Assembly: GCF_001194135.2 (NCBI RefSeq)
Contig: NC_068996.1
Location: 18,348,021-18,412,020, forward strand
Source of the DNA: Octopus bimaculoides
Taxonomy: Eukaryota
Direction: 5' to 3'
DNA: 64,000 nucleotides
Position 1 is the stretch's first letter. Every line of letters begins with the position of its first letter. A program made the position numbers and the translations under genes. The notes under the pieces are model-generated. The model worked only from the letters and a program-made list of their open reading frames with translations, was not told where the DNA came from and made no database searches. Shown here in pieces: positions 12,577 to 26,070 of the stretch.

Positions 12577-14263
12577 GTAAGTAAATTCTTCATCATTTAA
12601 TACTCATGTTCTATGTTAGCATAGGTTGGATAGTTTAACAGGATCTGCATTATGTCCCAGTATTTGCTTTGGAATGGTTTCTACAACTGGATACTTTCCT
12701 TAATCCTAACTACTTTATTGGGTGTGCTCTTTCCTGCAGGGTAACCAAGTAGCAAGAATGAAATAATAGATGAACTCAGAAGAGTCAATGACCATCCAAA
12801 TAAGCAACTCTCTCTATTAACTGTACTGCCTATTAAGCCCTTACCTGCTTAAGACAGCAGCGATAATAACAATTCTGCTGCCTTGCTGCAATACCCACTT
12901 AAGAGAAAGGCTTCAGGAGTAAACCTTAAGGATTAATCTGAAGCTGGAGTCCATAAGGCAGTTCACTGCTGTAGACAACCTCATTCTGGCAGCTTCTGTG
13001 GCCCCACTAGTGATAAGTCATATTGACCCCTGCCCATCCCTTGGATAACACTGGTGGTGGTGGAGAGGGAAATGCACTGCATGGGCAACTGCTGATCTCC
13101 CATGAAAAACTGACCAGGCCTGCACCCTGAAGAGGATACTTCAGTGCCATGGCAGCAAAATACGGGTGCTTTTTACATGACACCAGCATTAGTGGAGCCA
13201 CCAAGTAACTCACAAGACAAAACCCTTTAACTGTGTGGGAATGCAGTATTGAAGGAAGTGGTATTGTGCCAGGTATTGAGAATCTAAAGTATGGTAGAAG
13301 GACAGGAACAGGTTTTCAGCTCAAGAGGAGATATATGGCTTCCCCAGTTGGAAAGAGAGAGAAAAACTAATGCCATACCATACGTTCAAGGTATAAGGTG
13401 AATATAAAAGAGAGAACAGGGAAGAATAGGGTGGCATTTAAGCGGATGTTGTTCATACTTCTGTCAAGAAATCCTCTGTTCAGGTTGTACCTTCATAGCC
13501 CTTTGGAATAAGAGATCACTTACTTAAAAAACAGGTGAGTGTTTGTGTCAGGAAGGGCATCAATAACATATTTATCTAACCCAGAGGTTGGCAAAGTGCT
13601 CAATGTTGATGCTTGGGTGTCTTTGAGGCTACCCATGGTGTTGATAAACATCTGAAACACTTTGGAGCATAAATGGTGCAGAATTGTTAATAATCTGTAT
13701 TCTTAACATGAATAAAATTCATTTTAAAGAGTTCATGAAATATGCTATTAAAAAGCAATAATGATATGAAACAACAAAGGAATTAGTGCTTTTAAATCAA
13801 GAAATTTTATGTTAATTTATCATCATTTTCATCATCTTTTAACAACCCCGTTTCCATGTTTGCATGGGTCAGATGGAATTTGTTGAGGCAGATTTTCTGT
13901 GGCTGGGTGTCTTTCCTGTCACCAATCCTCACCTGTTTCCAAGCAAGGTAATATTTGTCCATACCAGACATGTTTTTCATGGAAGACTGGGAACATTGCT
14001 TGTGTGATGGTGATGCTCATTTACTACCATGATGCTGAGACAAGGGTACTCCCACACATATGCATATATGACAGGCTTGAGTCTTTGATCAGCTCAGGGC
14101 TCTGGTAAAAGGTACTTGCCCAAGGTGCTATGCAGTGGACTAAACTTATAACCTTGTGATTGGGAAGCAAAATTTCTTCACCACAAAACCACACCTATTC
14201 CTGCCGAAATGCTCATACCTATTCATATTAAAAATAATAACGTTTTCATTTTCATCTTTTCAG

Positions 14264-14390
14264 GCGGAGATTTGGAGTGTATTTACAGCCATTTTGAAGA
14301 AAAGTCGACGAAATTTGAATGCCTGTACTGAAGTGAAACTCATTGAACATGTTTTGTGTATGCTGGAAGAAGCAGATGACATTGTTGCTG
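14264..14390 (+). CDS. NBEA: Neurobeachin exon 2 (127 nt, phase 0-1)
   Basis: ttttcag|GCG..CTG|gtttgt; [42 protein letters not shown]. Confidence 0.93.
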
Positions 14391-14550
14391 GTTTGTAATT
14401 CTCCTTTATATATTTATTTATTTATGTGATTAGGTGCAGGTGTGGCTGCAAGTGTCGTCTGCTATAGCTCCAGATTGACCAAAGACATGTGTGCATTTGG
14501 GAGATGAAAACTTAAAGAAGCCCATTCTGTGTGTATGTGTGTGTGTATAT

Positions 14551-14932
14551 TTGTTGGTACTCCGTCGCTTACGACATCGAGGGTTCCAGTTGATCCGATC
14601 AATGGAACAGCCTGCTCGTGAAATTAACGTGCAAGTGGCTGAGCACTCCACAGACATGTGTACCCTTAACGTAGTTCTCGGGGAGATTCAGCCTGACACA
14701 ATGTGACAAGGCTGACCCTTTGAATTACAAGCATAACAGAAACAGGAAGAAAGAGTGAGAGAAAGTTGTGGTGAAAGAGTACAGCAGGGTTCGCCACCAT
14801 CCCCTGCCGGAGCCTCTTGGAGCTTTAGGTGTTTTCGCTCAATAAACACTCACAACGCCTGGTCTGGGAATCGAAACCTCGATCCTATGACCGTGAGTCC
14901 GCCGCCCTAAACACTGGGCCATTACGCCTCCA
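14551..14932 (-). mobile_element. tRNA-derived SINE family T
   Basis: Reverse complement of the 3784-4165 element. Confidence 0.88.
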
Positions 14933-16270
14933 CTGTGTGTGTATATAATATATAATATAAATGTAGGTAAAGTTCCTTTCTCAAGTCTTGCCATCTCATA
15001 AGAGCCAGTTTCCCAGTTTCATGGCGTATAAATTCCCCACCTGGATAGGACGCTGGTCTGTTGCAGGATTACTCGTTTTTGCCGGCTGAGTTGACTGGTG
15101 TAACGTGAAGTGAAGTGTTTTGCTCAGGAATACAATGTATTGCCTGGCCCAGTAATCAAAATCACAATCTTAGGATCATGAATCTAACACCTTCACCACT
15201 AAGCCATGTGCCTCCACTATAAATGCGAGTGTGACTGCGTGATTAAGTAGCTTGCTTCCCAGTAACATGGATATGGGTTCAGTCCCACTGCATAGCTCTG
15301 AACTAATTGATCAAAGCTCGGTGAATCAATTTGATAAAAACTGAAAGAAACCTCTTGCACATACACACACACATATATTCATGTGTTTGTATATATGTGT
15401 GTGTTTGTATCTCCTCATTTTGACATGAGGTGATGCTTATAAATGTTTGTCACCATCATACAAGCTGTGTCATTTGTTTCCAGTCTTCCATGAAAATTAT
15501 GTCCATTCATGGGGGAAAATTTGGCTTGCTTGAAAATAGGTGAGGGTTGAAGATAGTAGGGGCATCAGACCATAGAAAATACATCTGAATAAACTCCATC
15601 CAATTAATATCTTGTGAGTGAATTTAATAGTTAGAATCTCTAGGAAGTCTGACATATATTTTTGTTGTCGTTGTCGTCATCATCATCATTGTTCAATTTC
15701 TGTTTTCCATGCTGGTATGGGTTGAGTGATTCAACAGGAATCAATGAACCACATGTCTGCATTGAGCTCCAATGTCTGCTTTCTACAACTGGTTACCCTT
15801 CCTAAAGCCAACCATTTTATAGAGTGTACTGATTGCTTTTTTTATACGATACCAGTATTAGTGAGGTCACCAAATAACTCGCAAGATGAAACCCTTCATC
15901 TGTGTAGGGGTGTAGTTTTGAATGAGATGGCTTTAGGCTAGGTATTGAGAGACTAAAGCATAAGACGGGGACAGCAAGAAGTGTCTTTATTGTGGAAGGA
16001 GATTCCTGGCTTCCCCAGCTGGAAAGAGAGAAAGAATTAGTGAGGGCATACTTTCAAGGAATACAGTAAATATAAATGAGAGTATATGGATAGAGGAACA
16101 GAAAGAGTGGTTGGGTGGGTAAGTTTGCAAGTGTGTGTGAAGTGTGGGACAATAATTAGAGATAGGGATTCAGGTGGATACATAGAATGGAGCACACAAG
16201 TGAGGGCATGGTCCAATGGTGAATATCATTGGTTGTGTGTATATATGTATATAGCATGTGTATATATGTA

Positions 16271-16310
<40 letters not shown>

Positions 16311-16783
16311 ATATAGGCGCAGGAGTGGCTGTGTGATAAGAAGCTTGTTTCCCAAACACATGGTTCCAGGTTCAGTCCCACTGTTTGGCACCTTGGGCAA
16401 GTGTCTTCTACTATAGCCTTGGGCTGACCAAAGAAGATTGTGTGCCAAGTACATACCATAAAAGACTTGCATTAGGAAGGGCATCCAGGTGTAGATACCA
16501 TGACAAAGTACCTAGTGGAGCTCAGTGATATTTTTTTTAGACCCGCTTGATTCTGTCAGATTGTCCAAACCATTCTGACATGGAAAATGAACATTAAATA
16601 ATGATGATGATGAGAGAGAGCTAAAGTTTTTGTTGATAGATAGCGTTGAGGTCAGTGGAATCAGATATTTGTGAGTGTGGGTGCATGTGTGCACACATGG
16701 TAGGCTTATAGCTCCTGTTCTTATTTTTATCAAAGATTATAATAGTTAAAAAAAAATCATTTAAAAAAAATTTCTATTTGCAG

Positions 16784-16884
16784 ACCTCTTGGTTGAAATG
16801 CTTGGTGTATTGGCAAGTTACAGTATCACAGTTAAAGAATTGCGAATGCTTTTCTCATTATTAAAAGCAAGAAATAATGAATGG
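16784..16884 (+). CDS. NBEA: Neurobeachin exon 3 (101 nt, phase 1-0)
   Basis: tttgcag|AC..TGG|gtaagt; [34 protein letters not shown]. Confidence 0.93.
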
Positions 16885-17654
16885 GTAAGTTCTTTGTAAA
16901 AATATTCCTTTCTACTGCAGGCAAAGGGTCAACAATTCTAAGGGAGGGGCTAATTGATTTCATTGACCTCCAGTGCTCAACTGGTACTTATTTCATCGAC
17001 CCCCGAAATTATGAAAGGCAAAGTTGACTTCAGAATGTAAAGACAGACAAAATGCTGCTCAGAATTTTGCTTGGCCTGCTAATGATTCTGCTAGTTCCCT
17101 GCCTTAAGTTCTTTGAAAATATTACCAAGTTCCAATGATTCAATGACTCATTCATAGACACAAGCATGACTGTATGATTAAGAAGCTCACTTTGCAACTA
17201 TGTGGTGGTTTTGAATTCAGGATGACTGCATGGTACCTTGGCCTTCTACCGTAACCTTGGACCAATCAAAGTCTTGTGAATGGATTTCATAGATGAAATC
17301 TGTGTGGAAGCTTGATGTGTATTTGTGTTTGTTGCCCCCACCAACTAATGCATGACAACCAGTCTTGGTCTGTTTATGTCCTCATAGCTAAGTGGTTTGC
17401 AAAAACAGACCAATAGAATAGGTATAAGACTTTTTTATTAAATGTACTTGGGTTTGTTTGTTTAACTAAAAACTCTTGAAGGTAATGCTCCAGCATGGCT
17501 GCAGTCCAATGACTAAAATCAAGAAAGCAATAAAAATTACCCTGTTGCTGTTGGTTTTGATGGAGGTTGATGATAATATAATGTTTTGTAATAACCATAA
17601 TGTCATGGAACCATGTTTTATTGAATTAAATGCCTTTAAATATTTGTTTTATAG

Positions 17655-17750
17655 CCAAGAAACTCAGTCAAATTGTTGTCTGTACTCAGGCAAATGCCAC
17701 AGAGACATGGCCCAGACGAATTCTTCAGTTTCCCGGGTAAAAAAGGATCG
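17655..17750 (+). CDS. NBEA: Neurobeachin exon 4 (96 nt, phase 0-0)
   Basis: ttttatag|CCA..TCG|gtgagt; [32 protein letters not shown]. Confidence 0.93.
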
Positions 17751-18433
17751 GTGAGTTGTTTTAGCTTTATGTAGCCTTTGACCAACTTTTTTGCTGTGAC
17801 CATCCTGATTTATTAATTATCCCTAATACTTCCTCAAAAGATATAATACTGCACCTAAGACTGAGGTGAGTAAAATGTTATATTATGTCAGTTGTGCTGA
17901 ATGTGGAAGAAATTTAGACACGATGCACAACTGTGGTTATAAAAATAGAAGCCTTTAAGATGTGGATGTTTCACAGATTGAGTAGAATAAACCGAAAATC
18001 CAAAGATACCTATTGTTGAAAATCAAATTCATAAACCTGTCATATTTTAAGCATACAATGTACCATGGGTCACTACGTAAGACCATCCTGACAGAAAATG
18101 TGGAAAGTGAAAGGTTATGGAAGATATTTGTGTGGTGATGGCATCAAAGAATGGACTGGAAATAGGAACCTGGTTGTTTGTATACATACAGCACAACACA
18201 GATGGAACTGGAAAGCCTTGACACAGGAAGGGCACCTGGCTCATAGTTGATGTTATGTAAAACTACTATATAGGTTTACAGTAGTTTTTTTTGTTTAATT
18301 TCACATATCAAATCATAGTCACAGGCATGACTGTGTTGTTAAGAAGTGTGCTTGTCAACTGCATAGTTTTGGGTTCAGTCCCACTGCATGGTACCTTGTG
18401 CAAAAGTTTACTATAGTCATAATCCAACCAAAG

Positions 18434-18820
18434 TGGAGGCGCAATGGCCCAGTGGTTAGGGTAGCGGACTTGCGGTCATAGGATCGCGGTTTCGACTCCC
18501 AGACCAGGCGTTGTTAGTGTTTATTCAGCGAAAACACTTAAAGCTCCACGAGGCTCCGGCAGGGGATGGTGGCGAACCCTGCTGTACTCCTCCACCACAA
18601 CTTTCTCTCACTCTTACTTTCTGTTTCTGTTGTGCCTGTTATTCAAAGGGTCAGCCTTGTCACACTCTGTGTCACACTGAATCTCCCCGAGAACTCCGTT
18701 AAGGGTACACGTGTCTGTGGAGTGCTCAGCCACTTGCACGTTAATTTCACGAGCAGGCTGTTCCGTTGATCGGATCAACTGGAACCCTCGACGTTGTAAG
18801 TGACGGAGTGCCAACAACAA
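18434..18820 (+). mobile_element. tRNA-derived SINE family T
   Basis: Full copy ending in CCAACAACAA; inserted into a family-C SINE. Confidence 0.88.
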
Positions 18821-19383
18821 TAGATCAACCAAAACCTTGTGAAACACTTCATCATCCACTTATTCAGGCTTGCAGAGTCGAACAGAATTTATTGAGGTAG
18901 GTTTTCTTTGGCCAGATGCCCTTCCTATTGCCAAGCCTCACTTCTTTTCAAGCAAGTTAATATTGTCCCCATGATTAGACATGTTTTATAGAACAGTGCT
19001 TGCATGATGGTGACAGTCATTTAAAACTGTGATGGAATATGAAGACAATGAGACACAAACATACACACACTTGCACATATATGCATGTACACACATACAC
19101 ACACACAGCTATACTTACGCCCATTGCATAGCTGCTTCCATTGCTATGCATGCACCCATCAGCACCTGTGATATTAGCCATTCCATTACCTATAGTTACA
19201 CCTACACCCATAGCCCTGTCTGAGCCTGTTTATGTCTATACCTACTCACAGCTACACCTGTGCCTGTCAGTACAGTGCCCATAGTTACACCTGTGCCCAT
19301 GGCCTTGTCGGCACTCATTTACAAATAGAAATAATGCTTATATAGTTGTACACAATATTTATATACCTTTCTTTTTCTTGCAG

Positions 19384-19505
19384 TATATTGCATTGCCTCC
19401 AATACGATCATGGCCTTATCAAAATGGTTGGGCTTTTTCATGCTGGCTTCGGTTAGATCCTGTGACTGGTGTCACTGTTGAAAAAGAGAAACCTTATCTC
19501 TATTG
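19384..19505 (+). CDS. NBEA: Neurobeachin exon 5 (122 nt, phase 0-2), start of ConA/LamG-like region
   Basis: cttgcag|TAT..TG|gtaagt; YIALPPIRSWPYQNGWAFSCWLRLDPVTGVTVEKEKPYLY. Confidence 0.93.
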
Positions 19506-20009
19506 GTAAGTCCTATATATCATTATCATTGCTGTTGTAACATCTGCTTGTGGTGCATTCATGGCTGTGTGGTTAAGTAGTTTATTTCCCAGTCTTGTGG
19601 TTTTGAGTTCAGTCACACTATATGGCACTTCGGGCAAGTGACTTTATATTCTAGCCCCAGGCAACCAAAACCTTGTGAGTGGATTTGGTAGATGGCAACT
19701 GAAAGAAGCTTTTGTAGAAGACACTTGCCTAAGGTGCCATGAAGTGGGACTGAACCCAAAACTATGTGGTTGGGCAACATACTTCTTAACCACACAGCTG
19801 CACCTCATCATCATCATCGTTTAACATTCATTTCTTATACTGGTGTAGGTTGGACGGTTTGACGAGAGCTGACCAGCTGGGGAGCTGTTCAGACTCTGAT
19901 TGTCTGTTTTGGCATGGTTTCTATGTTTGGATGCCCTTCCTAATGCCATCCACTTTACAGAGTGTGCTGGGTGCTTTTTGTGTGTCACCAACACAGGTGT
20001 GTTTACACA

Positions 20010-20172
20010 GCACCGGCATGAGTACACTTTAAGTTGCACCAGCACAAGTGCATTTTAGGTGGCACCAGCACAAGTACATTTTATGTTGCACCAGTATGGG
20101 TGCATATTACGTGGTACTGGCATGAGTGCATATTATGTGGTACTAGCACAAGTGCATTTTATGTGACACTGG
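20010..20172. repeat. 26-bp minisatellite, 6 copies plus a partial copy
   Basis: Consensus GCACCAGCACAAGTGCATTTTATGTG, contiguous with no spacers. Confidence 0.85.
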
Positions 20173-20909
20173 TACCTGTAAAAGACAAGCTTGTATGTAT
20201 GGATGACCCTGATTTTACTTAGCTTGACACATTGTCTCAAGTACAGCAAATTGCCACAACTCCTGGTCCCTTGTCATTTTCTCAGTATGTGTATATATTT
20301 TATATCATCATCATCATCATCATCGTTTAACGTCCGTTTTCCATGCTGGCATGGGTTGGACGGTTTGACTGAGGACTGGCAAGCCAGATGGCTACACCAG
20401 GCTCCAATCTGATTTGGCAGAGTTTCTACAGCTGGATGCCCTTCCTAACGCTAACCACTCCTAGAGTGTAGTGGGTGCTTTTACATGCCACTGGCACAAA
20501 GGCCAGTCAGGCGGTACTGACAAATATTTGGTAAAAATATTGTACTTGTTATGAACGTAGCAAAATTCTCACTTGAAAAGTTGTTTATGAGACAATTTTG
20601 TGTGCATATCAATTTAAATAAGAGCCATAACGCAATCCATAGTAAAACTTGTTTCATAACCTATGCACATTTCAATGCAAGATCCCGACTCACTCTTGTC
20701 TGAGATAAGAATATGGGGTCTTGCATCTCTTCAGAGTCAAGTTACATTAATTCACAGCAGACAGCAAACAACAGACAGCATTAATAATTGTCCTTAAATT
20801 ACATGTGTATAAAAGAGTTATAGTCAGGTTGTATATATGTGGTTATTAAAGCGACAGTGGTGATAATGAATAAATATGGAACTTGAAAGTTGATTTTTCT
20901 CTTTTTCAG

Positions 20910-21036
20910 TTTCCGAACAAGTAAAGGTGTCGGCTACTCTGCACACTTCCTGGGAAGTTCCCTTGTAATAACCTCAATGAAACTTAAAGGCAAAGGTTTC
21001 CAGCATTGTGTAAAATATGAATTTGCACCCAGAAAG
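20910..21036 (+). CDS. NBEA: Neurobeachin exon 6 (127 nt, phase 2-0)
   Basis: ttttcag|T..AAG|gtaaag; [43 protein letters not shown]. Confidence 0.94.
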
Positions 21037-21571
21037 GTAAAGCAGCTGTTTTGTTTTTTGCTTTTTTTTTTTTGTTTACTTCGTTTTGGTATCTGGTTTT
21101 GCAAGATTCCTTATTCGTATTGAAACAAATTTTGTTGTGCCTAATAAGAGAGTGGGGGGGGGACTTAATGAGGGAATTTAGATGGTTTGGTTGAAGGGAG
21201 TGAGAGAGAAAGAGAGAGTATAAGATATATATATATATATATATATATATANNNNNNNNNNNNNNNNNNNNNNNNNNNNNNNNNNNNNNNNNNNNNNNNN
21301 NNNNNNNNNNNNNNNNNNNNNNNNNNNNNNNNNNNNNNNNNNNNNNNNNNNNNNNNNNNNNNNNNNNNNNNNNNNNNNNNNNNNNNNNNNNNNNNNNNNN
21401 NNNNNNNNNNNNNNNNNNNNNNNNNNNNNNNNNNNNNNNNNNNNNNNNNNNNNNNNNNNNNNNNNNNNNNNNNNNNNNNNNNNNNNNNNNNNNNNNNNNN
21501 NNNNNNNNNNNNNNNNNNNNNNNNNNNNNNNNNNNNNNNNNNNNNNNNNNNNNNNNNNNNNNNNNNNNNNN

Positions 21572-21703
21572 NNNNNNNATTCTTTGTAAGCCTAGTACTT
21601 ATTCTATCGGTCTCTTTTGCCGAACCGCTAAGCTACGGGGACATAAACACACCAGCATCAGTTGTCAAGCAATGTTGGGGGGACAGACACAGACACACAA
21701 ACA

Positions 21704-21747
<44 letters not shown>

Positions 21748-21905
21748 TACGACGGGCTTCTTTCAGTTCCCGTCTACCAAATCCACTCGCAAGGCTTTGG
21801 TCGGCCCGAGGCTATAGTAGAAGACACTTGCCCAAGGTGCCATGCAGTGGGACTGAACCTGGAACCATGTGGTCGGTAAGCAAGTTACTTACCACACAGC
21901 CACTC
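21572..21905 (-). mobile_element. SINE family C, tail type i (3' end runs into an N gap)
   Basis: Aligns with 46980-47301, including the internal (TA)n tract. Confidence 0.8.
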
Positions 21906-22296
21906 CTATATATATATATATATATGTAGAGAGAGAGAACATACTTGGAAGGGTTATAGGTAAAAAGAAAGGGAAACAAGGAGGAAAGGATTTAAGTTTG
22001 AAACAAGTAGAAGAGAAATTGTTGATAAATAATATAAAAAATAATATGATGGTTTGAGTGCGAATAAATGAATGAATGGCAAGAGAAAGGATAAGAAAAA
22101 GAAGGATAGTGAAGAGAGAGGAAGACAGAGACAAAAAGAGAAATTGAGAGAAGAGAGAGACCTAGTTTAGTACTTATTCCAACAACTTCTTTTGCTGAAC
22201 TGCTAAGTTTCAAATTTTGGCACAAGACTAGGTGGTTTTGAAGGCAGGAATTTAGTTGATTTCATCAACCCTATTGCTCTACTGGTACTATATATT

Positions 22297-22603
22297 ACCG
22301 GGCATTATGAGTGTTTATTGAGCGAAAACACCTAAAGCTCCACGAGGCTCCGGCAAGCGATGGTGGCGAACCCTGCTATACTCTTCCACCACAACTTTCT
22401 CTCACTCTTTCTTCCTGTGTTTCAAAGTGTCAGCCTTGTCACACTCTATGTCACACTGAATATTCCCGAGAACTACGTTAAGGGTACACGTGTCTGTGGA
22501 GTGCTCAGCCACTTGCACGTTAATTTCACGAGCAGGCTGTTCCGTTGATCGGATCAACTGGAACCCTCACCGTCGTAAACGACGGAGTGCCAACAACAAC
22601 AAC
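22297..22603 (+). mobile_element. tRNA-derived SINE family T, 5'-truncated
   Basis: TSD ACTATATATT at 22287-22296 and 22602-22611; (CAA)n tail. Confidence 0.85.
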
Positions 22604-22765
22604 TATATATTATTGGCCCGCTAAAAGGATGAAAAGCAAAGTTGACCTTGGAGAATCAACTTTGCTTTCCATTCTTTCTGGGTCAATTGCTGCTGCTGCT
22701 AATAATAGTAATAATAATAATAATGATAATAGTAAATTAATAATTTTTTTCGTTTTTGTTTTCAG

Positions 22766-22885
22766 TGGTACATGGTAACAGTGTGCCATGTATATTATCG
22801 ATGGAGTCGCTCTGAGTTGCGGTGCTATGTGGATGGAGAACTTGTATCATTCACAGATATGTCTTGGTTAGTTAGCACCAATGAT
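22766..22885 (+). CDS. NBEA: Neurobeachin exon 7 (120 nt, phase 0-0)
   Basis: ttttcag|TGG..GAT|gtgagt; WYMVTVCHVYYRWSRSELRCYVDGELVSFTDMSWLVSTND. Confidence 0.93.
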
Positions 22886-24514
22886 GTGAGTATTGCCTTT
22901 ATATTTTCTTTAATATGCATTTCCTCATATTTTCAACCCCTTAAATATTAAAGATGTATATTATATACAAGAACTAAATGCTACTACATTTCTTCCCCNN
23001 NNNNNNNNNNNNNNNNNNNNNNNNNNNNNNNNNNNNNNNNNNNNNNNNNNNNNNNNNNNNNNNNNNNNNNNNNNNNNNNNNNNNNNNNACCCATCCACAC
23101 TTTTGGTTCATCTGTCCCTTCTGGCCACCTCATACCGTGAACGCCCACACCCTGACACCTCATCACCCCTGATTTTATCTCTTTCCAATTCCACCTGCAC
23201 CCCGACCCTCTCTTCTAAATGTGGGTAGTCAGGTAGGCTAACCACAGCTCTTGTTCCCTTCTCTCATACATTTACCCCTTATCTTCTCCCACTCTTATTT
23301 ATCTTGTATCTTGAGGGTTCACCCTGAAACCTCATGATCTCTAATTTCATTTTTCCCCCACCCCATCCAGTCACTCCCACCCACTCTTCTAAAATATGAG
23401 TAGTTATATACTTAGCTTCTGTACTACACGAAACCTGTTATTCTCAGGCCCCTTGTGGCAAACTTAACCCCTCATCTCTGAGCATAAAGGCACCACTTTC
23501 AGGTTTGTAGTCGTGCGCACAGCATAGCAGCGTCACTATTGCTAGTAGCACAAAAAAGAAATCCCTCCAGTACACACTGTAAAATGGTTGGCATTAGGAA
23601 GGGGCATCCAGCCAGAGAAATCATGTTAAAGCAAACATTGAATCTCAACATAGCCTCCAACTTCGTCCGTATTCTCTCTTATCCATATTCTCCCTTTCCT
23701 GCTGGGAAAGCCATGTATTTCTTCTACTGCAAGACGTATTCTTTTCCCTCTATCATCTCTATTCTGTCAAGAGGTTTTGTCCTGCAAGTTACTTGATGTC
23801 CTAATGTGTACAGCTACCATGAAAAAGAAAAAAAGAAAAAGGCCTAGTACACTCTGGGTGTACATCCTGACACCATCTCCACAATCCTGTCAAACTGTGC
23901 AATTTATACTAGCATAAAATGATGATAATAACAACAACATTGATAACAGCATTGTTTTATAAGACAGTAAGAGCATTGGACAAATGCTTAATGATATTTC
24001 TTCCAACTCCTTATATTCCAAGTTCAAGTTTTGCTAAGATCAGCTTTGCTTTCCATTCCTCTGAGGTTGATGTATTTGACTTGCTCCTCCCCTCAAATAG
24101 CAGGCCTTGTACCAAAATCTGAACCAGCTATTTTATATCTTCCTGAAGGTGGCAAGCTGGCAGAGTTGTTAGTGTATTGGGCAAAATGCTTAGCAGCATT
24201 TCTTTTGGTTCTTTATGTTCAGAGTTCAAATCCTGCTGAGGTCAGCTTTGGTACTTTATTTTATTGATCCAACAGGTTGAAAAACAGTCAAATATGGGGG
24301 AGGTGGGGACAGTGTAATTGACTTTTCCTCACCCTTCAAAATTCCTAGTCTCGTACTAAAATTGTAAACCATTATCTATTTCATAGTTTCTGCTCTATTT
24401 ATCTTTTTTTTTTTTTTATTCCTGAGTCGGGTAGAATTGTCATGCTCTTGTGATCAGTAAAGTTGATGTCATTAATGCTCTTTTCAAGACATTACAAATA
24501 TATTCTCTTTCCAG

Positions 24515-24661
24515 CCATTTGACAAATGCTTTCTTGGAGCGAGTTCTGATGGAGACCCAGATACTATGTTTTGCGGACAGATGTCTGCAGTGTACCTTTT
24601 CAACGAATACCTCACAGCTAATCAAGTAGCAGCTATTTACAGCTTAGGACCTGGATATAAG
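24515..24661 (+). CDS. NBEA: Neurobeachin exon 8 (147 nt, phase 0-0)
   Basis: tttccag|CCA..AAG|gtatgc; PFDKCFLGASSDGDPDTMFCGQMSAVYLFNEYLTANQVAAIYSLGPGYK. Confidence 0.93.
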
Positions 24662-25969
24662 GTATGCATACATAAAATTTGGTAATCAGCAAAGCACAGG
24701 TATAGTTGAGTGGATACTTTTTGCTCTGTTAGCATGGAGGTCTTAGGTTTTGTGTCATTGCACAGCCTCTTGGTCAGTACTTTTTATGTCATCATCATCA
24801 TTGTCAATAAAGTCCACTCTGTCATGTTTGCATTAATTAAATGAAATTTGAGGCAGATTTGGACCATTGCTAGATGTCTTTCCTGTTGCAAATCCTCACC
24901 TTTTTCTAAGCAAGGTAATATTTCCCCATGTTTAGACATGTTTTCACAATGTATTGGAAACTGTTTGTTTAACAGGGACACTCATTTGTAACTACTACAT
25001 GATGTGTAGACAAGGAGACACACACATATATGCACACACATATATACATACATGCCTACATACACCCCTCCCTCACACCTTTTCTGCCTATTATTCCTGG
25101 TTGTCGTGATCAAGTCCTCAGATACCTCCTCCAGAGGATCCTATCAGAAGCTACTATCATTACACTTTCCGGCTGGGTTTCCAAGTGTGACCAACTGGGA
25201 CCACAGATATTATCCAATTATCTCATTCTTGGTGGTCTATACTTAGGTATTCTGCCTGTTGAATTTGTCTTGCAATCATCATCATCATCATCGTCGTTTA
25301 ACGTCTGCTTTCCATGCTAGCATGGGTTGGACGATTTGACTGAGGACTGGTGAAACCGGATGGCTACACCAGGCTCCAATCTGATTTGGCAGAGTTTCTA
25401 CAGCTGGATGTCCTTCCTAACGCCAACCACTCAGAGAGTGTAGTGGGTGCTTTTACGTGCCACCGGCACGAAAGCCAATCTTTTCCTGTAACATTCTAAT
25501 CACATGTCCATAGAACTGGAGCTGTGACCTCTCAATGCAGAGAATTAGTAGTTCAGATTGGAGAGACTCTTTGAGTCTCTAAGCTTGCTCCTTGTTGAAT
25601 AACATAACTTCAGAGATCATTTGGAAGAAGCCCCCATATCAGCCTCTTTTTTTGGCCATTACCTAACATTCATGACCATAAGTGAAAGTAGGCATGGAAA
25701 AGGATTGAAAGAAGAACCTAACTGCATTGCTTTCCATGCACACTAACAAGGTGTATGTTTGGATATTTGCTAGAGGGGGATCCATTTGAAAATGTATTGC
25801 AGTCTCCACCCAATGCTGGTACAACAAGCAATAAACTTGCAGTTTGTTCTGGGAGGCATGGGGTGAGAGCTCAAAGAATGTGTGTTCCTTGACCTATTTA
25901 AGAGATCATTAAAAATATGTCTATATAAATATTAGGCATTTATTCTCAATTTTGCTCCATTTTTTTCAG

Positions 25970-26026
25970 AGCCAGTTCCGCTTTGACAATGAAAATTCAA
26001 CAATCCTCTCAGAAAATACACGACGA
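25970..26026 (+). CDS. NBEA: Neurobeachin exon 9 (57 nt, phase 0-0)
   Basis: tttttcag|AGC..CGA|gtaagt; SQFRFDNENSTILSENTRR. Confidence 0.88.
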
Positions 26027-26027
26027 G

Positions 26028-26070
<43 letters not shown>

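Noticed and set aside
14430-14706. Recurrent ORFs such as QPAREINVQVAEHST (also near 4010, 18614, 43965, 57664)
   Set aside because: These are open frames within SINE-T copies; starts and stops vary between copies, so they are not genes.
20010-20172. CRISPR-like array of 26-bp repeats
   Set aside because: The units are contiguous with no spacers, there are no cas genes, and the context is a eukaryotic intron.
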